55,707 bases of DNA, from assembly GCA_037447435.1 (NCBI GenBank), contig JBBIGR010000013.1:47162-102868 (forward strand), read 5' to 3'. Below, one piece after another: positions 19,808 through 27,767 of this stretch. The stretch is from Fibrobacteria bacterium. GTDB taxonomy: Bacteria > Fibrobacterota > Chitinivibrionia > Chitinivibrionales > FEN-1185. A program made the position numbers and the translations under genes. The notes beneath the pieces were generated by a model. The model saw only the letters and a list, made by a program, of their open reading frames with translations. It ran no database searches and was not told the DNA's origin. Numbering within the stretch: the first letter of the stretch is position 1; each line of letters opens with the position of its first letter.

Positions 19808-20437
19808 TTAATTACGTGCAGGGAATATGCCTTGAAGGGCTATGATGAAATTGACGCATTGAAACGGCGGCAGGGTCGGATGAGGCTGTCCGCCGCCGCT
19901 TGACGACAGGGTAATTGAGGATGTTGCTGTTGTCGCATTTGCCGTTTTTCCATAGGTCGGTGTTGCCGAGGCATTACGGCCGGGCAATGCGTTTTTAGGA
20001 TTGTCGGTTGTAGCGACCGTGGAATCGACCGCTAACGAGGCGGTATGCGTATGCGCAGGCATTTGCGCAACGGTCAGGGAAACCGTTTCCTGGCCGCCGA
20101 CATCACCGAGGTTTCGCGGAGTAAGGCCTGGCCCGTTGCCGAAATTCATCGGGACTCTCCCGCGAAGATCGGGCAATGCAAAGGTCGATTTACCGTCTCC
20201 GCCGTACGATGTTCCCAGAATGGAAAAAAGCGCGGTGTTTTGACTGATCGGAAGCAAAGATCCGTCGCAAAGCGCCCATCCGGTTGGTGCGAAATTTCCT
20301 GCGAACATTTTTATTTCGCCGACATAATTGTTCTGGGCAAACGATGTTGTACAATATGCAAACAGTACAAGAGCTGCTGAGGCAAAAAAAACCTCATAAC
20401 TCTTTTGCATTCTTAATCCTATCGCTGATCGTGTCAT
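19808..20437 (-). CDS. Phage tail-collar domain (Mdp-like) protein with signal peptide
   Basis: GEIKMFAGNFAPTGWALCDG...YGGDG..TFALPDLRGR...NFIIALQGIFP; AAGGAGG SD. Confidence 0.92.
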   Translation of the reverse strand: MTRSAIGLRMQKSYEVFFASAALVLFAYCTTSFAQNNYVGEIKMFAGNFAPTGWALCDGSLLPISQNTALFSILGTSYGGDGKSTFALPDLRGRVPMNFGNGPGLTPRNLGDVGGQETVSLTVAQMPAHTHTASLAVDSTVATTDNPKNALPGRNASATPTYGKTANATTATSSITLSSSGGGQPHPTLPPFQCVNFIIALQGIFPARN

Positions 20438-20482
20438 GTCGGCCTCCTTAAAATAAGAAAACTTCTTTTAATAATAAAGCAG

Positions 20483-20498
20483 TGCAAGATTCGTTCCA
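20483..20498 (-). promoter_or_regulatory. sigma54 -24/-12 promoter
   Basis: Minus strand TGGAACGAATCTTGCA upstream of the tail-collar gene. Confidence 0.7.
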
Positions 20499-20746
20499 AT
20501 CGTGCAAACAAAAGCAATGGTTCCGATCGAAAATTCCTTGCGAAGAAAAACCGGATGAAACATGAACCGGATATTAAAAAATTCCACGACAATTATTACT
20601 TTTGCGAAAATTTATCGGAAATGAGAACAATGGAAATTCCCGATTGTGTAATTTGAGGGTTGTTGTCGGCAATTATCACAGCAATAATGCACAATTCACA
20701 AAATTGCCTTTGATAATCAAATGAAAACTTCAGAAGTAAAACGCGG

Positions 20747-21475
20747 TCAGAAATATCTGCCTTTAAGCAATGCATGACCGAATGCAAAGAACCATCCGGC
20801 ATCGATAATCGAGAATACGCCAACGCCGGCTAAAGCCCAAGTCGTAAGCTGGACATTCAGCTTACGGGCCTTTTCGTGCAAGGCATCATGGTCGTAATCA
20901 ACGTTTCTGCGGGCAATCAAATACATTCCTAAAATCACGATCATAGGCAACGCATACCCGATGTTATACAAAAGGATATAGGCGATTGCAACCGTAAGCG
21001 AAACATGCAACAGCGCATATTTGCCGAGAGCCGCGATATAGGGAAGAGAGAGCGGGAACGAAGTAACCGATACGAAAACGCCTATGCCGAAAGCAAAAAC
21101 ACCGTTCATGGATTTCAGCTTTTTCAATACGAAATTCTGGGTGCGGCCGGGCTTGGCGTTTTTCTTTTTGTTATAATACCAAAAACCCAACAGCGTCATG
21201 ACAATACCGGCCCACAGTTCTGACTGGTAGTACATGTGGCCTGGAATATTTGCGGAAGATGGAAAATACCGTGCCAAAAACACTTGTAATTTATCAAGCG
21301 CGCCATAGCCGGCGATGCCGCATGCGGCATAGGCGGCAATCAAACCGACCAAATAGCAAAGAACATTTCGTATCGGTTTTGCCGTGGTGAGCAATAAAAT
21401 GAAAATGATGATTTGCTGGGTTGTAGAAAGACTGTCGAACAGAGAAATTGATAACGTAAAGAAGAAAGTGTTCAT
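20747..21475 (-). CDS. GAP (Sap-like) family membrane protein
   Basis: N-terminal SLFDSLS, P.SLPYIAAL and ILLYN..YALPM motifs; about 6 TMs. Confidence 0.7.
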   Translation of the reverse strand: MNTFFFTLSISLFDSLSTTQQIIIFILLLTTAKPIRNVLCYLVGLIAAYAACGIAGYGALDKLQVFLARYFPSSANIPGHMYYQSELWAGIVMTLLGFWYYNKKKNAKPGRTQNFVLKKLKSMNGVFAFGIGVFVSVTSFPLSLPYIAALGKYALLHVSLTVAIAYILLYNIGYALPMIVILGMYLIARRNVDYDHDALHEKARKLNVQLTTWALAGVGVFSIIDAGWFFAFGHALLKGRYF

Positions 21476-21523
21476 TTGTTAGTTTGTGACCCGTGTTTAA
21501 AAAATAGGAAAAAGTATTGCGCC

Positions 21524-21982
21524 TTAAGCGTTATTGTTGTTTTTGATCCTTCGTATCATTTGGTCGAGATTTTGCAGGAAGCGGGAGCGGTCTTTTTTCG
21601 AAAATTGCGCCGGTCCGCCGGTCATCATTCCCGCTTCGCGCATTCCGGCCAAAAGCTCCCTGCTCGCCAACGCGCCGACGATATTATCATCGGTAAATTC
21701 ATTTCCAGTCGTGCCGAGTACCAGAGCGCCTTTTTTAAGCGCCCTGGACGCAAGGGGAATGTCGCCGGTTACGACGATATCGTTTTCAACCGCATGTTCG
21801 GCGATCCAGTCGTCGGCCGCATCGAGGTGGTCGTTGACAACGATGAGCTTGAGCCAGGAAAGCGACGGCGTCCGCATCCAGGAATTCGCGACAAGCGTCA
21901 CAAAAAGCCCGTACCGTTCCGCGACATGATATGTTTCCTGCTTAACCGGGCATGCATCTGCGTCTATGTAAATATGGAGCAA
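21524..21982 (-). CDS. yaiI: YaiI/YqxD (DUF188) family protein
   Basis: IYIDADACPVK, DAADDWI, VTGDIPLA and TGGP motifs; probable TTG start at 21982. Confidence 0.92.
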   Translation of the reverse strand: MLHIYIDADACPVKQETYHVAERYGLFVTLVANSWMRTPSLSWLKLIVVNDHLDAADDWIAEHAVENDIVVTGDIPLASRALKKGALVLGTTGNEFTDDNIVGALASRELLAGMREAGMMTGGPAQFSKKDRSRFLQNLDQMIRRIKNNNNA

Positions 21983-22244
21983 TTGAATAACAGCCTTACT
22001 ATTTTTTAGATGATCAATAATGTAAAAATACACCAAGGTAATTACCAGTGCGTCTCTACAAAAATGTACCTAAGGTACACAAAATAATGAACTTTGATTA
22101 ATATGATTAAATGAAATACGAAAACTATTCTTACAGGAAGGGGCAAGTTGAATTTCCCAGGACATTTCGCATTAAATAAATTGCCATTTTGGAAGTTGGT
22201 TTTTATATTATCAATAGGTATTTCAACAAGGAGGAGGAAACGGT

Positions 22245-22595
22245 ATGCTCAGGAAATTGACTGTCCCAATATGTGTTTTTATCATGATGACATCATCCTT
22301 TGCTTTTTGCGCGAAATTGATCGATGACGAATTGCCGGGTGAAAAGACGTTGTTCGGAGAAAATCAAACTAATGCGGAAGCAACGGTGGCGAAGAAAAGC
22401 CAAACCAAAGTTCCGGATTCAGTGTATGTACAATTTGAAACAAAAATAAAAAAACTCGGACCAAATGGCCTGGCGAAAATCGATACGTATTTCAGGAATC
22501 TGCAGGAAAAGGCGGAAAAAGACAATGACGAGCCAAAGGCGGTTTATTACACCAAATTGCTGACGATAATAGACAAATACAAAAAAGGAAAATGA
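22245..22595 (+). CDS. Hypothetical exported protein
   Basis: AAGGAGGAGG SD; signal peptide; helical charged C-terminus. Confidence 0.75.
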   Translation: MLRKLTVPICVFIMMTSSFAFCAKLIDDELPGEKTLFGENQTNAEATVAKKSQTKVPDSVYVQFETKIKKLGPNGLAKIDTYFRNLQEKAEKDNDEPKAVYYTKLLTIIDKYKKGK

Positions 22596-22598
22596 ACC

Positions 22599-23084
22599 AT
22601 GAAAAAATATTTAATGATGATCGTATTATCGCTTTTGGGCGTTGCGACATTTTTACGCGCCGACGATTCTGCCGCGAGCCAGATCATGAGCGAGTTTACG
22701 GCCGACGGCGGCGAGAAGGTTTCTCAAAAACAGGACCCGGGCGCATTGGAAAACCTCCAAGCCCTTGTCATCAAACTTAAGAACGATCAGATCATGATTG
22801 ATAAAAGATATGGGTTTTGGGCCATAGCAACGGTGAGTTCGCTTTTAATTCTCACTCTGCTCGCCTCGCTTATAATTTTAAGAGGCCGCAAAGCTCATAT
22901 AGACGATATTATCCATTTGATAGGGCTTATCACTATCGTGTACGGAACAATACTATTGGTGCTGGTATCCAAAACCGATCAGCAAATTACAGCGGCAATA
23001 GGAATTTTAGGCGCGATTGCCGGGTATTTATTCGGCAGCAAAAAGAAATTTGTTGAACCTGCAGATGAAAAAAAAGACGTGTAA
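22599..23084 (+). CDS. Hypothetical membrane protein (signal peptide plus 3 TMs)
   Basis: Signal peptide ending LRA; TMs ending AAIGILGAIAGYLFG. Confidence 0.75.
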   Translation: MKKYLMMIVLSLLGVATFLRADDSAASQIMSEFTADGGEKVSQKQDPGALENLQALVIKLKNDQIMIDKRYGFWAIATVSSLLILTLLASLIILRGRKAHIDDIIHLIGLITIVYGTILLVLVSKTDQQITAAIGILGAIAGYLFGSKKKFVEPADEKKDV

Positions 23085-23107
23085 CACCGGGATGAAAGAA
23101 GGCTTCC

Positions 23108-24103
23108 ATGCAATGTGATTTTCATTATTATTGTATTGCGGTTCTTGCGAAGATCAGCGGGTTTTCAACGGCGGATGCTTTGACGATTGCATACGCCTCG
23201 CAATACGTTGATAATTCGACGGAAGGCGATCAGATCCAAATCGGGACGATGAAATTCGATCCGGTGCGTACCGCACATATCGGGTTGGACGCCACTATAT
23301 GGGACATTCAGAAAAAGATCATTATCCCGTTCCATTTTCTGCCGCCCAAAAACATTCGGACGCCGGACGACACCTTTGTGACGAGTACGGATTCCGATTT
23401 GGCAAACACGCTGTTCCAACGCGCGTGCAATGAAAAAGATCCTTTGCTTCGGCTATGCCGCATAGGCGTTGCGCTTCACACCATTGCAGACACCACATCG
23501 CATCAGTTTTTCTCGGGCAGGGAAGATCCTGAAAATAAGGTCGATGATATTTGCCTGTTCAACGGAACAGACTACGATCATTTATCGTGGCAAAATATTT
23601 TTTATGATTTATTACCGCCCATAGGGCACGCGCAGGCTGCCCATTATCCGGATTTGCCCTATCAAAAGTGGCATTATAAAAACAACGATGGCCAGATGAT
23701 TTCTCGGAATAATCCGTATGATTTTTTATTATGCGCAAACAGGATTTACAAAATTCTTTGTACGGTAAGCGATGGCACCAAGCAAGAGTGGAACGATTAT
23801 GAGGACCGTATTCAAGCCCTGCTTGAAGCAAAAGAGGGAGACCTGGACAAACGATGCGAGTTGTGGCAAAATGAATTCGCCTCGCTTTTTCCGCTGGGTT
23901 TATACAATTACGACATGTTGGCCTGGAGAAAAACCGCCTTACAAACCATGACAAACGAAGAGGTTCACTGGGACAAACAGGAACGTTCGAAAACGTCCTC
24001 CATGAAATTTGACCCTGATGGTACTTTTTTCACCTCGCATTGGGTCCATTTCCATAGGGCTGCCTTGATGCAGAGGAATTACGTGTTGGAGCAGATTTTG
24101 TAG
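23108..24103 (+). CDS. DUF6765-like protein (putative Zn-dependent hydrolase, PLC/P1-like fold inferred)
   Basis: MQCDFHYY...GF..IAYASQYVD, PFHFLP, GVALHTIADT.SHQ.FSG and IGHAQA...PD motifs. Confidence 0.75.
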   Translation: MQCDFHYYCIAVLAKISGFSTADALTIAYASQYVDNSTEGDQIQIGTMKFDPVRTAHIGLDATIWDIQKKIIIPFHFLPPKNIRTPDDTFVTSTDSDLANTLFQRACNEKDPLLRLCRIGVALHTIADTTSHQFFSGREDPENKVDDICLFNGTDYDHLSWQNIFYDLLPPIGHAQAAHYPDLPYQKWHYKNNDGQMISRNNPYDFLLCANRIYKILCTVSDGTKQEWNDYEDRIQALLEAKEGDLDKRCELWQNEFASLFPLGLYNYDMLAWRKTALQTMTNEEVHWDKQERSKTSSMKFDPDGTFFTSHWVHFHRAALMQRNYVLEQIL

Positions 24104-24363
24104 GAATACTCTTTAGGGGCAATTACCCGAACCTTGATTTGCAGGATTAAAGGGTTGGCCTGATTGTTAAACAATTCGACAATTATTTTGTATAATAATC
24201 CGACATCAGGTAAAACTGGGGGGTATAAAAAGTCCTCAATTTACAGCATCGCCAATTTGTCCCGCAAAATATTTTAAATTGTTTTATTTTAGGAAATACA
24301 TTTGTACTAAGACAAATAGCCGGCGGTGAAAGCTTTACAATTAAATAAAGACGGGATAATTTA

Positions 24364-25200
24364 ATGCGTAAATGTTTACTGGTAATGTCATTACTATTAT
24401 TTGTAATTTGCAATTCGCAAAAAAAAGATTTCCCGTCAGAAAAGTCCATTGTAAAAAGCGTGGCAGCCACATCCATGTTGAAGTCAAGGCAACAATTGCT
24501 TTCAGCTTTGACTGCATTTCAATTAGATAGCTTATCAAATGTCTATAATATTCTGCCGTCAATAATTGATACATTATTTATTGAAACCAAGAACGGCTTT
24601 AAAGCATTAACAAAGGTTGAATCCATTCAAATAGGCAAGAACAACACTTTTGTAATCAAAGACTCGCTAGAGAAAAAAAAAGATTATTGGGAGCAACCGA
24701 CAATTTGTTGTAGATTAATTTTAAAATTGAGCCTTGCATATGATACACTTGTTGATAAAATTGATTCAGTAGATTATAATGCTAATGTGTCGTATAGATT
24801 TATTTATTATTATGAAAAAATTGGCTATTACTTAATTTATCTGCAGCGGCCCGAAGATGGCGGTTATTTTCTTGTAAACTCAGAAACTGGAAAACATCAA
24901 CCAATTGCTGGGGTACCTTATTTTTCAAATAACCTCAGCAGATTTATATGCCCATGTGTTGATGCTGAAGTGGAAGGATGTTTTTTTACCGTCTACCGGC
25001 TAGGAAATGATTCTATATCCGAGGATTTTACGAGGAATTTTGATTGTCTATCTAACAATTTAGATCCAAAATGGCTAAATGATACATCCTTTAAGGTCTC
25101 GAGAACTGTTGACATTAACGATACGGAAAAGGTTGATTCAGTTTATACTTTTATATACGACCCAATGAAATATACATGGAAGGAAAAACATCTGGAATAA
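24364..25200 (+). CDS. Hypothetical lipoprotein-like protein (AT-rich)
   Basis: MRKCLLVMSLLLFVIC N-terminus; 278-aa ORF in an AT-rich stretch. Confidence 0.7.
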   Translation: MRKCLLVMSLLLFVICNSQKKDFPSEKSIVKSVAATSMLKSRQQLLSALTAFQLDSLSNVYNILPSIIDTLFIETKNGFKALTKVESIQIGKNNTFVIKDSLEKKKDYWEQPTICCRLILKLSLAYDTLVDKIDSVDYNANVSYRFIYYYEKIGYYLIYLQRPEDGGYFLVNSETGKHQPIAGVPYFSNNLSRFICPCVDAEVEGCFFTVYRLGNDSISEDFTRNFDCLSNNLDPKWLNDTSFKVSRTVDINDTEKVDSVYTFIYDPMKYTWKEKHLE

Positions 25201-25281
25201 TTAAAGGATGCCATTATTTTCCTTGTTTTGAATTTTATCCGGGATATATACTTTAATATCCACAAGTATAGAGAATAGGAA

Positions 25282-25533
25282 ATGAATAAAAAAGCCGGCC
25301 ACGTTGAAAATGGAAAATTCACCAAGTTCTCGATTTCCCTAAGCGAGGATGTAGAGGTGTTTTTGGATGACGTGAGGGCCGAGGTTCGTGCTAAAAGCAA
25401 AGTCCGGTTATCCCGCTCCGAAATCATCCGAGCCGCGATTCGGTATGTAAAAAGCCTAAAACCAAATTATTCGGGAATAAAAGACGAAAACGATTTATTG
25501 GAAGCTTTGATTTCCGCATCAAAAAAGAAATAG
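25282..25533 (+). CDS. Ribbon-helix-helix-like small DNA-binding protein
   Basis: KFSISLSED...LSRSEIIRAAIR pattern. Confidence 0.65.
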   Translation: MNKKAGHVENGKFTKFSISLSEDVEVFLDDVRAEVRAKSKVRLSRSEIIRAAIRYVKSLKPNYSGIKDENDLLEALISASKKK

Positions 25534-25579
25534 TTTTTTAATAGCTTTAATCTCCATACTTATAGAGATTAGGAAAATT

Positions 25580-25792
25580 ATGAAAAGCACAAATGCAAAG
25601 GTATGGCTCTGTAAAGAGGACTTTCTTGACATGGCAATTCTGAACGATAATTTTTCCCAGGCTCTGAATGCTAGAATTGATCCTGACAAAACAATGGAAA
25701 TTTGCCTCAAAGTATTAAAAGCAAAATTGCAGGAAGAACTTGAACGTGGAATGCAAAATATAATTCCCAACAGACTGGAGACCAAAACATGA
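25580..25792 (+). CDS. Hypothetical protein
   Basis: AGGA SD; ATGA overlap with the next ORF. Confidence 0.55.
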   Translation: MKSTNAKVWLCKEDFLDMAILNDNFSQALNARIDPDKTMEICLKVLKAKLQEELERGMQNIIPNRLETKT

Positions 25793-26334
25793 CACTTTCA
25801 GTCAAAAAGCTTCCCAAATTCAGAACAAGAATTTATAATCTGGTTCCAGGAAAAAAGCCTTGGCAAAGGGTAGGGGTGCCGGTCATGGATGTGGTAATAT
25901 ATTTGCCCAATGATAGGACGTATAAGGCAATGCAACCGCGGATCGTGTCATACAAAAAGGCACATAATCGGGAAGCTGCATTCAGGTTTTTTGGTGCGCA
26001 GATAAACCCGAGTGCACAAGAGTTGAAATTGCTTTGCCAAAGGCTGATAGTATCGAAAAACAATTTGGTCAAATTAATTATTAAGCTTACGAAGAATGCG
26101 TAATTAAAAAACCTGCCCGTTTACGTTGCTTCCCCGATGTTTACGACACCCCCTGGCGTAATGTTCAGGGTAGGGGACGGCTTTCTGCATTTAGCTAAAA
26201 ATCAATCACCCGTTATCGAGGGCGCGGAAAAGGTCGAAACCTATTGGGAAGTGGAAGACATTCCGGGGCCACGCCGCATATGCCTAGCCGAAAAGGCGAT
26301 ACATCTATTCTGTTTTGTCCACGGGGCCGTTTAA
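25789..26334 (+). pseudogene. Hypothetical gene split by an in-frame TAA (26101-26103)
   Basis: The frame of ORF 25789-26103 stays open after its stop, through ORF 26137-26334. Confidence 0.45.
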
Positions 26335-26338
26335 CGGC

Positions 26339-26380
26339 AAAAAAAATCCCCCCCAAAGAGCAATATTTTATTTGGGGGGG
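26339..26380 (-). terminator. Intrinsic terminator after the TPR gene
   Basis: Minus strand CCCCCCCAAA-N13-TTTGGGGGGG followed by A-T8. Confidence 0.75.
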
Positions 26381-26470
26381 CCTATCTTAAGACATGATTG
26401 ACGTTTAGAACTGAACAACAACTGAGTGGTTTGTGATTGCCGCACCTCCTTGGATGAGAATACAATGCAA

Positions 26471-27334
26471 TTACTTCATCGAACTCTGCGCAACGGTACG
26501 ATTATAGTCTCCTCTTGCTTCATATGCCCGTGCGCGTCCGGCATATGAATCCTTATCTTTGCGATCAAGCGCTATAGCCTTATCAAAATCATTTATCGAT
26601 TTGTCAAAATCACCTTTCCGTAAAAGTGCGTTTGCCCTCACGCTATAGGCTTTCTGGAATTTAGGGCTCAGTTTAATAACTATACCGCATTCCTTGATAG
26701 TGCGATTATAATCGCCAAGACTGTAAAATGCGGTAGCGCGGTTAAGATACGCTTCAGAATATCTCGGATTCAAGGCAATCGCCTTATTGAAACATTCGAT
26801 TGCGCGATCGTAATCTCCTTTCTGAATATAGGCAATTCCGCAATTTTTGTACGCTTCCGGATCTTTGGGATTGATGTCCAGAGCGATCGTATAATTGGCT
26901 ATCGCCATATCGATGTTTCCCTTGCCGAAAAATGCGGCGCCCCGGTTAAAATACGCATCCGCAAAGTCCGGATAACCCTGAATGGCAACATCGTAGTTTT
27001 CGAGCGCACGGTCGAAGTTCCCTTTGCCGAAATAGGCAACGCCCCTATTATAGTATGCATCCGTAAAGGTGGAATCCAAAAGGATTGCCGTATCGTAGCA
27101 GGCTATTGCCTTGTCGTAGTCCCCCCTGGCGGCAAATTCGGTGCCACGAACGAAAAATCCTTTTGGATCCGTAGGGCTGTAGGATTCCTGAACTTGAACC
27201 GGCGCATGAACGGTTTTATGTACTTTGTGCGAGGTTTCTGCATAAGCGCAAGTAAAAGGCGCAAATAATGCTGATGAAAAGGCTGCTTGAAGTGTATAAC
27301 CTACTACTGTTACAACAATTGCATAAATTTTCAT
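26471..27334 (-). CDS. Exported tetratricopeptide-repeat protein
   Basis: About 7 TPRs (AYYNRGVAY..KG.FD.A..Y); N-terminal signal; GGGAG SD before ATG 27334. Confidence 0.92.
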   Translation of the reverse strand: MKIYAIVVTVVGYTLQAAFSSALFAPFTCAYAETSHKVHKTVHAPVQVQESYSPTDPKGFFVRGTEFAARGDYDKAIACYDTAILLDSTFTDAYYNRGVAYFGKGNFDRALENYDVAIQGYPDFADAYFNRGAAFFGKGNIDMAIANYTIALDINPKDPEAYKNCGIAYIQKGDYDRAIECFNKAIALNPRYSEAYLNRATAFYSLGDYNRTIKECGIVIKLSPKFQKAYSVRANALLRKGDFDKSINDFDKAIALDRKDKDSYAGRARAYEARGDYNRTVAQSSMK

Positions 27335-27767
27335 GATACCGCACTCCCAGTGGATGAGTTTGCGAATCTTAAAATTCATCCGAAATTATAATCCCATTTT
27401 GGTTTCGAACGATCGGATTTGAGCATTTGAGGCGTATTTGGACATTTTCATTAAGCTGTTGCTCCCCGATGATGTTTAAGCGATTAAACGATTCGATGCA
27501 TATTCTATACAAAAGGCGAAACTTATTAACTTAAATTAACTTAACAAAATAGCTTGCTTTGACATTATATCGAACACATATTTTTCTAAATCAAGGATAA
27601 ATATAACGGATTTTGGACGATTTGCAACATAAATATTTTCATAGGGAAAAAAGTTAACAAATGGAATTATACGATGTTTTTAAGAATCAGCGCGGCAATA
27701 ATTTTGAGAGTACCTGAAAAACATTGACAAATGAATTAGGATAAAAAAGGATCGTATAATTTATGGA

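Noticed and set aside
19808..20437. Prophage
   Set aside because: Isolated collar-domain gene with a signal peptide; no capsid, terminase, integrase or lysis genes
22593..22599. Selenocysteine/readthrough fusion of the two in-frame ORFs
   Set aside because: The second ORF has its own AAGGA SD, ATG and signal peptide
24104..26334. Integron cassette array
   Set aside because: No paired RYYYAAC/GTTRRRY attC sites after the ORFs and no intI
26125..27478. Similar strings GTTGCT(T)CCCCGATG at about 26125 and 27458 as att sites flanking the TPR gene
   Set aside because: Short, gapped match with no recombinase nearby; could be chance
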